Shown: positions 26,616-40,329 of the stretch, piece by piece | Layout of the letters: each line of letters starts with the position of its first letter | Position numbering within the stretch: position 1 is the first letter of the stretch | DNA from: Octopus bimaculoides | Taxonomy: Eukaryota | Assembly (NCBI RefSeq): GCF_001194135.2 | Contig: NC_068988.1 | Coordinates: forward strand, 25,488,920-25,552,919 | Direction of reading: 5' to 3' | DNA length: 64,000 nucleotides | Program-made: the position numbers and the translations under genes | The notes under the pieces: model-generated | Seen by the model: only the letters and a program-made list of their open reading frames with translations | What the model was told of the DNA's origin: nothing | The model's database searches: none

Positions 26616-29065
26616 CGCAAACTGTCGTACATCGCCTCCGTTTTTCCATTTACTAAAGGATTAATAGAAGCAACACATTAACTAGCCTGTTCTCAACATT
26701 AGAATCCTTTGGCATAGTTAAGTTTCTTGATTTGTAATTGTCATTTTTCCTGATTCTATATTATTTTTCTTTTCCTAACAATGTTGCAGGTTCATATGAG
26801 TGTAGTAGAGATTTGATACTACAGCGTATATGAATCAGCTTAGCTACATTGTCATATCTCCAGGTGCATTATATGCACTACAGAAGTTACATTTGACATA
26901 TATGCTTTAATAATCCAAGATACAATCATCAGGATTTGCACAATTCTGGATCATATGCTACATTTTCTTCGCATTAATTTAACATGTTTGCGACTTACAG
27001 CACTCAGAAAATGAGTTAATCATCTCTATTCTAGTGGGCTATCAGATGACTGGTGCACTATTCTCGCGACTATCTGAGATTATACACAATATGCCGTTGC
27101 ACGATGTGGGGAAGTCGGGAGAACGCAGTTGTTTTTGTGCGTTAGGTAATTCAGTTTGTGTGAAGGTTTCCTTGAAACACCCTCGGCAAATGGTGTTATT
27201 GTAATCAAGAGGATCTAGGTTTTGTGACATGTAACAGGCAGTGTTGATTGGAGGTCCGTTCTAGTTTTATGCCAGCAATATATTTCTGGATTTGGATGGG
27301 AAAATAATTCTCTCGATATTTTTTACTAGAAATTCTCACCAGTCATTCGTGGTTAGTAAATGTATACTACATGGAAATAAATCTACGCCAACATTTTAAA
27401 CAATTACTTCGAACCTATCACATGTTGGATTTTGATGCTGGAGTGATTCCATCATTTGCACATATTTAATTTCGAGGATAGTTATTTTAAATAGGACAGT
27501 GGTGTAAAGAACTACACATCTTGGAAATTCAAATTCAGAGGTTAGTAGTAAATAAACAACTGAATGTTTAAATTAGTAGTGAAAACTTGTCTGTGCCAAT
27601 ATTTTGTTATCAAAATCCGAACGGAAAAGGATTTTCCCGAAAACACACAATACAATCTAAACACATAATGATTTATGATCTGATATGTTTGTATGTGAAA
27701 AGTCATAGCAGGGTTAATGAGACGCCTAGAATCATTTTATAGAAAACTAGCTCCTGAATCAATTCACACAATCATTGTCCTACAAACAATTAGAAAGCAA
27801 TCAGAAAACAATACACTTATTGAGCAGCTGCCATTCAAACACTGAGAAACAATATTATCCATGCAGATATTGTGCAAAACTAAAGCTCGTTAAAATATGA
27901 AGCCGACAATTCTATTGTTGATTAAATGAGAGAAAATTCAGAAGGTTAATATTAAAGGAGGAATTCTTTCACAATTTCTTCTGCTACTAACCACCCCCTC
28001 TCCTCTCTCTCTGCCTAACGAGCTATCAGTCTTTATTGAATATATATGCCCATTGAGATGAACAAAGAATAATGTTGTATTCGTATTTCATGTATGATAT
28101 AAATTGCTCTTAAATTTCCGTAAGTGCTCCCACTCAGTCACGGATATAAAAGTTAGTAGGGAGAGCCTCTCTTAGACGATGGGAATCATCCAAATGAATA
28201 TGGAACTAATCAACAACAACAAGAAACACAACATCTCAGTTGCAGTTTGAATAGCGATCCAATACTATTTACGAAATAGCTTAAGTGACCTTTAAAACAG
28301 TTTTGGTTAAAATTACATTTTATTCGAAACTTATCACTAGTATATAATTTACCTTTAAACGAGATATATCTCATATTCTACATGAATAGAATAAATTAAA
28401 TGAAATATAATGAATTGGTTCATTATTCTCAGACAAAACTAGATAAGGAACATTCTCCTCTCTGACAGCAACATATTGTGTGAAGAAAAAACAATGAGGC
28501 CAAATATTAGAGACAAACCGATGACGCTAATCAAATTCGTAATTTCACATCTGCGGCGTTAGCAATGCTATGAATCAAAGAAAAGAACGAGTAATGAATA
28601 AGAAAGTACAGAACTAGATAAGTACTGTAAAATAACAGCTGTTTATTTATTTATCGAACGGCATCAGCTTCTCTAATCCCTTTTCTTGTACTTTAACATT
28701 GCCTTCTGTTTTAGGAAGTTATTAAATCTTGCAATATATTATTACCCTCTTTTTGATTAAATAACATTTAAAGTGATTTAATTCATTTGTGCAATAAACA
28801 ATTCAGCGAAATATTCACTTATGATTTATTTCTTCAAAATGGTATTCTTCTACAGAGGACGCTGTCAACACAGCTTATCAGCACATGCGTACTGATTATT
28901 CTCAGCAAATTTCAATTGCATCCGTTTTACATTTATGCATGTATGTATGTATATGTGTATGTGTTTATGTGTGTATGTATGTATGTGGATGTTTATGCGA
29001 GTGTGTATGTATTTCTTTGTGCGCGCGTGTAGGGTGTGTGTATGTGTGTGTGTGTGTGTGTGTGG

Positions 29066-29124
<59 letters not shown>

Positions 29125-29242
29125 GATACATATGTCGGTTCTTATTGTATTCAACGATATTTAAAAGGAAATACTTCATTTGAATTCTAATATTGTGTTT
29201 AAAATTTTCCGAAATCGATACCATAATTTCATGGTGCAAAAA

Positions 29243-29298
29243 GTCACTCACTTTGTTTCATGAATAAACGTCACTCACTTTGTTTCATGAATAAACGT
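29243..29298. repeat. Perfect 27-bp tandem duplication
   Basis: gtcactcactttgtttcatgaataaac x2. Confidence 0.95.
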
Positions 29299-29872
29299 TT
29301 AAAAATTTCTCTTTTCCTAAAATTTATTTGATAGGAAAGGATAAATCATGTATAGTCTTATGTCTCCTGGTGGGAGCCATTTTAATTATATTTGATTTTA
29401 TATGAAATATGCATATATCAAACAAAATATTTTCTCAATCGAAGGTGAGGAAAAGCAATATGTGTTCAATATTAATCGATAACATATCCATGATATTTCT
29501 CGCAATATCATGCAGTCAATATCCAGACTAACTGGTCGATCCGACTTTTTCTCTTCTCTGAAATTTATTGTACTGCCTGAGGAAGAGCCAAGCCTGAAAC
29601 GTCCTATTTTCACTAATAATTTTCCATATAAAACTTTCATCGAGCGTCAAACTAATACATTCCTTAAATATGAAGGGTTATAATCTTTTTGTTATAATGG
29701 TAAAATAGTCAGATGTGCTTCTATAGCGTATACTATCGTCAGGCTTCGACAATATCGTTGGATATAAGATATGTAAATCTACTGATTCTGAACAGATTAG
29801 TTCATGATCAACACAAAGGAGAAGCAGAGTTGCAGAGCAAATAATCTTAATAGCAATATTAATATGAATACG

Positions 29873-30095
29873 AAGGCAGCGAGCTGGCAGGATCGTTAGC
29901 ACGCCTGGCGAAATGCTTAGCGGCATTTTGTCCGTCTGAAGGATCATAGTTGGAATTCCGCCGAGGTTGATTTTGTTATTCATCTTTTCAGAGGTTGATA
30001 ATATAAGTACCAGTCGAGCACTGAAATCGATGTAATCGATTTAACCTCAACCACGAAATTGCTGACGCTATGCCAGAAATTGAAATCAATATTAA
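29873..30095 (+). mobile_element. SINE family B, full-length
   Basis: ggcagcgagctggcaggatcgttagcacgcctggcgaaatgcttagcggcattttgtccgtc...aagtaccagtcgagcactg. Confidence 0.9.
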
Positions 30096-31904
30096 CATTA
30101 CGAGGAAAGAACATTAACTCGTTGCTTAGTAGTATATTTATCATTTCGGCAAAAGGCAACAGAGGACATCTTTCGATTTTACTAATATTCTACAGCAATG
30201 AGTATACATTACCGTGCTACGCTAGATAGTGTGAGGTTATTACCGAATAGTTTACATTAGATATGAATGCCAGTAACAAAGTAACGATCCACTAGGATGA
30301 CAGCATACCAAGCTTGTTATGTGAAAATTCAAAGAAGAAATATACCAAAGTAGAAATAGATAATAAAAAGATTTTTCTGCGTATAATATTTCACCTGCCT
30401 CATTCTAATTCCATAACCGAATACTATAAATCAAATTAATTATAGATGCATATGTTATGGACGTATTCTAAGCACGCTGCGATATAAAGATAATTTAAAT
30501 CTATAGAGAACACTGTCATCTAGTAAAAAATATTAATAACAACGAAAATATAAATATAAGTAAAAAGATTAAACATATGGCAATGCCTAACGAAAACAAA
30601 CAAACACTTGAAGCATAAATCATTAATTAAGTGTTACAGTAATTATTCACCTAGGGTTTGTTTGAAGACTGTGTACTTAATATACACTAATAATACTCAT
30701 TGGAATGGCTTATGCATAATATTTATTTTTTACCGCTCCATGCTAATGTAAAGACAATACAGTTATTTAATTAACCAAAGTTGGAATGCAGCTAGAAGCC
30801 TCATGTTATGTCCTGATATATTACTTCAAATTAATATAAAGAGGAATGCGTATGTTTTTGTTTTCTTTATTATTTCATGCAATCAGACTCTTGCATACAT
30901 TACTGTTATCAGGTATAAAATAACTAGTTAGTATTTTCACGTTCTCTTTTCAACATGTCGGCATAAACAGAACGGTTGAAAAAAAAACAAAAAAACATTA
31001 TTGCTCTACTGGTTACATTATTGTATTAAATTAATTTTGTCTCTTAAATATAACAAATCAATAATTTATTCTTTTGACCAAACAACTGATCAATATTATA
31101 TTACCTGTCAAATTGTTAATATATTACTCCACTTTATACAATTTTCTGACAAGCTAAAAATACAGCTGCTTTATTACTGCATCATCTATAGCTTTCAGGT
31201 GAATAGCACATGATTGAGTGTATAAACCAAAATAGACTAAAATCATTGAAAACAATTAAAGTCACAAATTAGGGAAGTTAGAAACCGCAGATTCAACAAA
31301 TATAACTGAAATAGTAGCTTCAACCATCATGATATAATCCTTCTTCCATCGTTTTTCAGCTGGAAGTGAGTGTCAGTTTCCACTGTTCCTAATGTTAAAA
31401 AGAGAATAACTGGGATGATTGAACCACAAGTGTTAGCGGTTAGGTTCATGAAATGGTTTAACCCAGAAATCAGGCCATCGGCTTAGAAGAAAAGAGAAAG
31501 GAATTAATCACTACTAATCAAATTAATATAATTCGATTTGTTTTTCATCGTAATATCTAGATTTTAATGTAATAATATCATTCCTTGTACCAAAGGCACA
31601 ATAACTGTGCATAAATTGCCTACAAAGATTTTTTATGGCTTTCGATCATCATGCATTTGATTTGAACTTAATTTTCAGACATCTATAGCTGTTCTAAAAG
31701 CAGGGCTTACAAACTTTTTGTGCCCTTACCCCACATGCTCTCTTACACTTGGAAAGGAAAAATTACGTTATAGAATTTTTAATGTAATAAAATGTGATGT
31801 TACTTTGGTATCAGCTGTAAAAGATAAAGTGACAGGGGTATGTATGTATGTATGTATGTATGTCTACACATAGACACATATTCACATGTGTGCATACATC
31901 CTTA

Positions 31905-31956
<52 letters not shown>

Positions 31957-32591
31957 TGAATGATCAAACAATAGAAAGTAACGCTAAATAGGTTTAGTTG
32001 GCGCTGTATTTAGACTCAGCTCCATATTACGTAAAGTTTCGTGGGCAAATGTTCCACATGATCAGATGCAACATAAAATGTCATCTACATGAAAATGTTG
32101 AAGTCTCATTTGGGTAACTTAAGTAACGGGGTTCAGTGGTTTAACTATCTTAATCGCACTAGTCCTTTTAATGTTTGCGTTGCGTGTGAGAGCAGATAGG
32201 ATGTTGGCATCAGTTAGAGGGCATTTTGTACAATTTCGCATATCACTGATATTATTTCTATCACCGACTAATCGAATGGATGGCCCACGCATAATGATAG
32301 AGGAGAGAATCGCTGCTGCTCATGAAAAGATTATACATTTTATCACCGGACTCTTTAGGATTGTGAGGCGAATCAATATGTAGCTTCACACCGTCAAAAC
32401 TATTAACTCGCTGAAAATTCTCATCCGCTAGAATGCTCACTAACTGACGTAAACACATTTTCTTTTTTTCTATGAGGTATCCTGTACCCACAAATCTTCA
32501 AAGAATGTGAAGATGTGCAAATCGATTACACACAAACACATACAAATGAATGCGCACTTACTTATTGGCAGACATTTGAGAGACAGATATA

Positions 32592-32631
<40 letters not shown>

Positions 32632-32639
32632 ACAATTAT

Positions 32640-32865
32640 TACAAATTAAAAGCGTAAAGGTTTATCAATTTATTAATTTATTAATAAATCAACAATTAAT
32701 AATTTTTACCAAGCCCTTCGGTATGTAAGCACCATTATAGGTGGAGAACTTATTTAAAAGTTCATTTAAAACTGTATTCCATATTCCCGAGCGTCATACT
32801 AATACATCCTTTTGTTATTTACACCACCTGTCCGCGTCTGTTGTTGTTTTTTCGTATATTCTCCC
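32640..32865 (-). mobile_element. PLE-like terminal (pLTR-like) sequence in reverse orientation upstream of the RT remnant
   Basis: 32783-32865 is the reverse complement of a copy at 50247-50330. The minus strand also has ccac-ctataat-ggt-gcttacat-acc-gaag-ggctt-gg (decayed hammerhead-like) followed by AATAAA-rich sequence. Confidence 0.5.
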
Positions 32866-32889
32866 GTGTAGATATATATATATATATAT

Positions 32890-34200
32890 AAGCAGTGCAG
32901 AGCACTGAAGTGGCTGGACCATAACTACCCAGAACCCTGAGGACAACATTCAAGTGAAAAGAATGATTGCACATGTAATAAGATCTAGCATAAGAACCAC
33001 CTTGAAGAACCACATAGTAAAGTTCCACAAAAGATCTATATATGCAGGTTCAAGATGCAGTAATTTGTGTTGATGTGACTGGAGATGTGTCTGGGCTCTT
33101 CATGACCTGGTGGGACAGAAACGTAAACAATCCTTAGCTGAAAATTTACAACTGTTTTGCCTTACTGTAGGTATGTAGATGACAGTAATATTCTAGTTAG
33201 GACACATTCTGTTAACTGTAGTGTAGAAACCGTGAGGAGTATAATGGAGAGCATCCAGCACATAACTAACTCCATCCACCAAAGTATCGAGGAAACTATA
33301 GATTACCCCGCGAGGCACACTAATAATAAACTCCCTGTCCTTGATATTGAACATTGGTTAGAGACTGAGAAAAACAGAGTGCAGCTCCTCCACTCCTATT
33401 ACATAAAACCTATGGCTTCTAAATATGTTGTTCAGAAGAACTCATCTTTGTCACACAACATAAAAATCAACATATTGATAGCAGATCATAAACAACGTGT
33501 CCCCACTATGCGAACCCTGTGAAACTGAGAAATATGTACAGAACTTCATGCACTGCATGTAATTCCCTGGATATGACCAGATAGATACGCTTCGGGTATA
33601 GAGGGGAGCTAGAAAGAAGTCAGATAGCATTATATGTAATGAAACCACTGGTACCTGCCCTAGACAGAGAAGTAAAGACTATAATAGGATACAGAGAGAT
33701 TGTGAGAAAACAAACAGAGTGAACACATGTACAAGGGTGACAAATATCAAGGAGTGATGTTTGTAGAGAACTAGGACGAAGATTTAGGAATGTGCTTGCG
33801 GCGGCCAAACTCAAAATTAATATCGTTGAAAAGTTAGGCAAATCTATCAGATCACAGTTGTGTAGGACGTACCCCTATGAAAATACCACATGCACCAATG
33901 AGGACTGCATGGTATGTAAGATTAACCCTAGCATTAATTTTAGAAATAAAAATGTAGTCTACTGCGTAAGGGGCATAGAGGGTGCTTGTAAAGGCAAGAA
34001 GATGGCATACATTGGTGAGACATCTAGAAGCATTGCAGAGAGACTCAATGTACATTTGAGACAATATAACGACAACAAACAGTCATCCGTACTAACATAC
34101 CAAAGCCCAACATGGAGGCACACTGTGCCGACTTGACATCCGTATTTTATCCAAGCACCCGAAGGACATGACACAGATAAATACAGGAGTACATCTTCAT
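32890..34200 (+). mobile_element. Penelope-like element (PLE), decayed RT plus GIY-YIG endonuclease
   Basis: Frameshifted RT motifs (LKNHIVKF; YMQVQDAVICVDVTGDVSGLFMTWWDR; YCRYVDD), thumb region (LPVLDI...LLHSYYIKPMASKYVVQKNSSL), and a C-terminal CxxxxCxxC followed by NVVYCV...AYIGETSRSIAERLNVHL (GIY-YIG). RT plus GIY-YIG is diagnostic of PLEs. Confidence 0.9.
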
Positions 34201-36249
34201 AGATGAAACCTATATATATGTGTATGTGTGTGCATGTATGTGTTTGTCTGTGTGTATGTGTATATTTATATTTATATATATTTTGTGCATAATTTATGCA
34301 CGTTGACCGAGAGGTAATTACCTAGTAGGTGACGTAAATCGGAGTTCTCTTCACTTTTACGTTACTTTCTAGAGCCTTAAAAGGTTTCTTACGAAATTGA
34401 GATCCATCGGGTACTTTTTGCATTTCATAATAAACATTAACACTTATCACTGTCGTCAACAGACATTCAGAAAGTTTTACATGGCCAATTTTCAGAAGGT
34501 ATTGAAGACCCGGTAATTTTCCTAACTTTTAACACTGTCAATCAATATATTCACCCTGGCTCATATATTTTACTGAAGATGACTTGAAGCAACGTTAGGC
34601 TTATTATACAGAAATAAATGAAAAAAGACTGCGAAATAATTGTGACTCACCAAATTTGACCATCGGCGAAAGTCTATGTCAGAAATATGGATTTGCAGCA
34701 AAAATAAAATTTAATGCATTTGTATCAATAGTAACTTTGAGATGAGCATTACATACCACAAGCAGCGAATATCATAATGAAGTGGTTGAAAGTGATAATC
34801 TCCCCAGATGCTAATATTATCAGACATTGATAGTTGGAGCTAAATTATGGTGAATAATAGACATAAATATTATTGTATTCTTCGTCAATCTTATCACCGA
34901 TAATAAAAATGTGTTCAATAAAGAGAATGTCTTTATGGTAGTAAGTTACATCTGCCGCGATGAACACGATCCAATGCACATATGACATTAATATGTCTAA
35001 AATTATGTGGAGCTGCTGTTCACAAACTGTTATTAACAAAATTACAACTATTATGGTGTGATATTACTAGAGCCAGTTGAATTAAAAATGAAGAAAAGGC
35101 CGTGTTATGCGTTCTATAACACTGACACTAAGTGGGAAGAAAGTGTGATAACTACCGCTGATATACAATTTAACAATATGGCAATCATAATTTCTTACCA
35201 CATAGTAATTTCGTCAGCTGTATAATAATCTACAAAAAAAAAGTAATATTCCATATCTAGAAAATAGAATTCTCAAGCACCTCCTTTATAATTACAGAGA
35301 CTTGTGTTGAAATAGCCAAACGCAAGACAAGCAGAAACTTATTTTGTGAAGCTACTATATCTAACCAAACTGCATGTATATGCACGTTCCACCTGGGTAT
35401 TCATAACAAGTGACATGCATCAATATTGTATTAGCTATATTGATGGTTGATGGATAAATTTTCTGTGTTATGCAGAGAAATCGGCGTTAAATAGTTGACA
35501 TTGAGAGTCGAAATTGCATTACTGAAGATATTCCATCAAATTTTCCACTACAGCAGGAATCAGTTCTTCATATATTGTCTTTAACATCGAAAGTTTCCAA
35601 ATGTAATTATATATTGCATTGACTATGATAACCATCTTCCGGAAGAAATGACCAAGAGTAACGAAACTAACGGGAAAACTGAACAAAATAACGACCAATA
35701 TACGTATATTACACGTGCAGACGGAAGTGCGAAAGTGATTGCACGGTCTCTCGATCGACCTGCTAGAAATAGTAGCAAAAATTTCTTAATAAAAATCAAC
35801 TTAGCATTTCAAATAATAAATGTTAGATTAGATTTTAGTCTAAAATATGCGAAGATAACCAAAGAAATGGTTTTGTTTTAAAATATCCTCGGTCAGAATA
35901 TATCAGCGTTTTAACAGCAAAAGTAACAAGAACAATGACAACAGCAACAACGAATGACAATATGTTACAGCCTTGAGCTTAGTGGTCTCTATGGGAAGAG
36001 TTTGACACATTTCAGCCAAACGGAGTTCAATATTATGTATTACACAAATGTCTGTTTAAAAGTTTGCGTGGCACACTAGTGTGTCATGCAATGTTATTTG
36101 GTATTCCAGGCAAGTAATAAAATTCTATATCAAAATGTGTGAAAATACATGCTGAAATCTGAAATTCAATTATTAAAATATATCGTTGTAAATTTCTACA
36201 AACTAAATTCTAAATGGAAATTCAGTATAGTATGAAAAACAAAATGAGA

Positions 36250-36454
36250 ACTATCGTGGTTCACCTATCGCCGGTTATTATTTAAGCTTACTTTCATTCC
36301 TCCATGGTGGTTTGCATTTATAATAAAATAAATATCTATAAATTATAAAAATAATTAAAAAGATGTACAGTACGATGCTTTTTCTACTTCGTGGGTGTTC
36401 ACCTATCATGGGGGTTTTTGGAACGTAACATCTGCGGTAGTCGAGGGGTCACTG
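36250..36454. mobile_element. Tc1/mariner (Tigger-like) MITE remnant
   Basis: The right end gcggtagtcgaggggtcactg|ta resembles a CAGT-type TIR with a TA target site. An internal ttcacctatc motif occurs twice. The left TIR is not intact. Confidence 0.4.
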
Positions 36455-38514
36455 TATATTAACAGACTTCGATTTATTTTGTGCGTAAAATACGCCAAAA
36501 TACCATTTATTCATTGTAAAATGAACCACAAGTTATACAAATTTGCCACCCGATACAATCAATTACTGCTAGAAATTACTCGCCAGAATATAGTCTCACG
36601 CTACGGAAAAGAAACATTTCAGAACAGCTTCACGCTTGGAAAATCTTGTTAACTAACAATAATGAATTTAATATCAAGAGAGAGATCTACGAGACATCTT
36701 TAATAAGTGTAAACAGAGTGTTGAGACAATCAAGAATTTCTTTTTACAAAGAAATACTTGATCGTCTGTCTCGCTCCTCTCTGACCAAACCTCAAACTTG
36801 TCACCTTCCTCATAGAAAGCTAATTTATTCCAATTTTAGATGTTTACTTAATTAACGACTCTAATAAACAAAAATGGAGATGTCGGTAGATTTTCAACCA
36901 CGTCAGTGCATCGTGCTGCTAGTAGTGAATCTCACGGTGTAAATGTTATTATTTGAAATAACGCACTATTTAGGCAAAGACGTGGCAAAAAAAAAGAGGA
37001 CACGAATTGTAATCATTAATGCATAATTAATGCTATCATTGATATTGGACATTCCGAATGTTATTAAACGCGACAATAATTGAATAATTTTCTTTTGATA
37101 TTTCAGTTAAGCTTCACGCAATAATATATCGTGTGCAATACATTGCACAACCAATAAATGGATGCGCACATGCTAACGAAGACATACATCTTCATCCTAC
37201 GTAGATACATACACACACATGCATACACATGTGTATATATGTATATATACATATATATATANNNNNNNNNNNNNNNNNNNNNNNNNNNNNNNNNNNNNNN
37301 NNNNNNNNNNNNNNNNNNNNNNNNNNNNNNNNNNNNNNNNNNNNNNNNNNNNNNNNNNNNNNNNNNNNNNNNNNNNNNNNNNNNNNNNNNNNNNNNNNNN
37401 NNNNNNNNNNNNNNNNNNNNNNNNNNNNNNNNNNNNNNNNNNNNNNNNNNNNNNNNNNNNNNNNNNNNNNNNNNNNNNNNNNNNNNNNNNNNNNNNNNNN
37501 NNNNNNNNNNNNNNNNNNNNNNNNNNNNNNNNNNNNNNNNNNNNNNNNNNNNNNNNNNNNNNNNNNNNNNNNNNNNNNNNNNNNNNNNNNNNNNNNNNNN
37601 NNNNNNNNNNNNNNNNNNNNNNNNNNNNNNNNNNNNNNNNNNNNNNNNNNNNNNNNNNNNNNNNNNNNTCAGGAGCCAAGTGTCTATGCATGCACCGCTG
37701 CACTTCATGCCTTACTTATTTCCCACGATAAATAATTCTTGTTTAATATGTAATTGATTATTAATAATCTTCACTAGATTCATTTAGTCATATTTACATT
37801 TATTTCGCATCCTTTCATTTCTTCGTCTAAATTGTAAACAATCGATATTATTTAACAAGTGTAAGTAGTGAGAAATGACGGAAAGGCTATGAATTGTATT
37901 CCTGTCCTTTTGAGGAGGGAGCGTCAACAAGAAAGACAAAACAAACGAATGAGTGATCAACAGAAAGAAAGGCGAATTTTTCTGCTTAGTCTTCAGTCAT
38001 AATCGGCAAGAGCAATGGTATTAGTCTCTTCATATTCTATTTTTCTCTTCGGAAAGAAAAACGAAATTAACGAGTGAGTGGTCAATAGAAAGAAAAGCAA
38101 ATGAAAGCAAATGTGTTACTGCTTGTTTTCAGTCAGAGTAAGAGCATTGGTGCTATTTTCTTTCCATTCTATTATTTTCGAGAAGGATCGTCGAAAAGAG
38201 AGACAGAACAAAAAATTATTGCGTTGTCAAGAATGAGAAAGACAGAGAAAACAGATATTTTACTGCTTGCCTTCCAGCCGTGTAAAGCCAGCAGACATGT
38301 TGACAACTTATTTCTTTTTTCTCATGAAGTGCTGATGTTTTTACTGTCATGTGCAGCAGAGCTTAAAAACTAGCCTATTGAGAGGACTTTCCTGAGGCTT
38401 TCCTCATAGTCGGACAGTTTCGACGAGAAACGCATATTTTGTCAATTTACAAATTTGATTTATTGCTTTCTGATATATTTCGTACGATTATTCGGTACCG
38501 AAGTGTACGGATTT

Positions 38515-38757
38515 TATCTTTTATCTTCTACTCGTTTTAATCAGTAGATTGTGGTCATGACGGAGCACCATCTTAGGTAATTTTTAGACAAATAAATCCA
38601 CCCCAGTACGTTTTTAAAGTCTGATGCTTATTATTTCGTTCTCTTGTGTCGAACTGCTATGTTACGGGAACGTAAAGACACCAGCGCCGGTTGTCAAGCG
38701 TTGGTGAAAGACACACACAGACAGAAAGACATACACTCACATACACACATACTCAAG

Positions 38758-38815
<58 letters not shown>
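38515..38815 (-). mobile_element. SINE family A, 3' half plus (CA)n
   Basis: gtggtcatgacggagcacc...gtcgaactgctatgttacgggaacgtaaagacaccagcgccggttgtcaagcg matches other family A copies. Confidence 0.8.
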
Positions 38816-38816
<1 letters not shown>

Positions 38817-40282
38817 CACAGTGTGATCCAGGGTGTTTCCATTTCTTATACCTGCATGATGTATACTGAACGAAGTCTTACTACGCTGTCGCCAACACAT
38901 CAAGCGAATGAGAAGCGATTTACTCGTTTATGAATCATATTATTTAGATTAAAATAATTTCAACGAAATAACAATTATATGAAAATATTTATTATGCTCA
39001 AACACTTAGATGAGCGGTAATATGTATTTTCGTATTTGTGTGTATGAGAGAGTGTAACTATGTGTGTATGTGTGTGTGTGTGAGTGTTTTTTTTTGCGCG
39101 CATTTTGTTCGATTTGTCTGCATTTAGTGATGTTGTGTATATCTCCAGCAAATTAAAGTAAACACAATCCAACGACCACGAAACTTCAATAAGAAGTGTA
39201 GGTAATAATGTTGCAGCTATAAAGTATGCTTCCACATGAAAGGACTACGATTTATATTTGTTGAGTCTGTCTACTCACTAATGTGATCAATCCAAGCTGT
39301 TTGTGAGATGTACATCAATACACAAAACCAATTTCATTGCATCCTATTCCATTAATAATCACACAGTAATAAAACCCTTTCAAATATGAACCACAATGGA
39401 TTCCTGCTCTCATTAATAGAAAGGTGATGATATCACACAAGCTATCAGCGTTGACCTCATCGAGAAAAATTGTGCCACAAAAACTGGAGAAAGTTCACTC
39501 ACAAACAATCTAATATCATTGGCTTAGTGTGACGTCGTTTATATCGTTATTTGTTCTTTTGAAATTGCAACAACCCCTACAAGCATACTCTGCACGCTGT
39601 GAAGACCCAACTATGCGTCTCCCCACCTCTCATTAACTCTAGGGAGCCTCATTTCCCAAACGGCATCCACTAGATAATTCCCATGATTGTAAGCCACGCA
39701 ATACCTATTTCGACCTCACTTTTTCTGCACACACCAATACTGATATGTACACACTGAATATAGCTTGCATTATTCCCAGCATTTTGCCTGAACCTGGCTT
39801 CTGTACAAAAATTTCTCAAGAGTGTACAATCTGAGATCTGATTATGAGTTTCACTCCACTTCTCATGACACTGCCTGTGGAAACTTCATCGGTCACTTTT
39901 GTGTAACCAGTTGAGTAGAGATGACGGTATAGGGTGTATCTGAAATAGTGTTCGGAGAAAGCCTCATTATTTAAAACGCCCGCTTCTAATATTAGAATAT
40001 GCTACGCTTTCACTATCAGGCAATCATTTATTTCCATCATATGGCAAGCAACAAAAATGAACAGAAGCGTCAAGCTCATTTCATGACGTCACTTACGTTG
40101 TTTTCAGATATCAGTATTATAGTTTTATGATTTTATTTTCCAGGAAACCACCGAAATTATGTGTTTCATAAATTCTTTAAATCCAAATGATAGCTCATTA
40201 CATCTGTGTGGCTGTAGACACACACATACGTACACACATGCATATATAATATAAATATATTTATATACATATATACAAAAGT

Positions 40283-40329
<47 letters not shown>

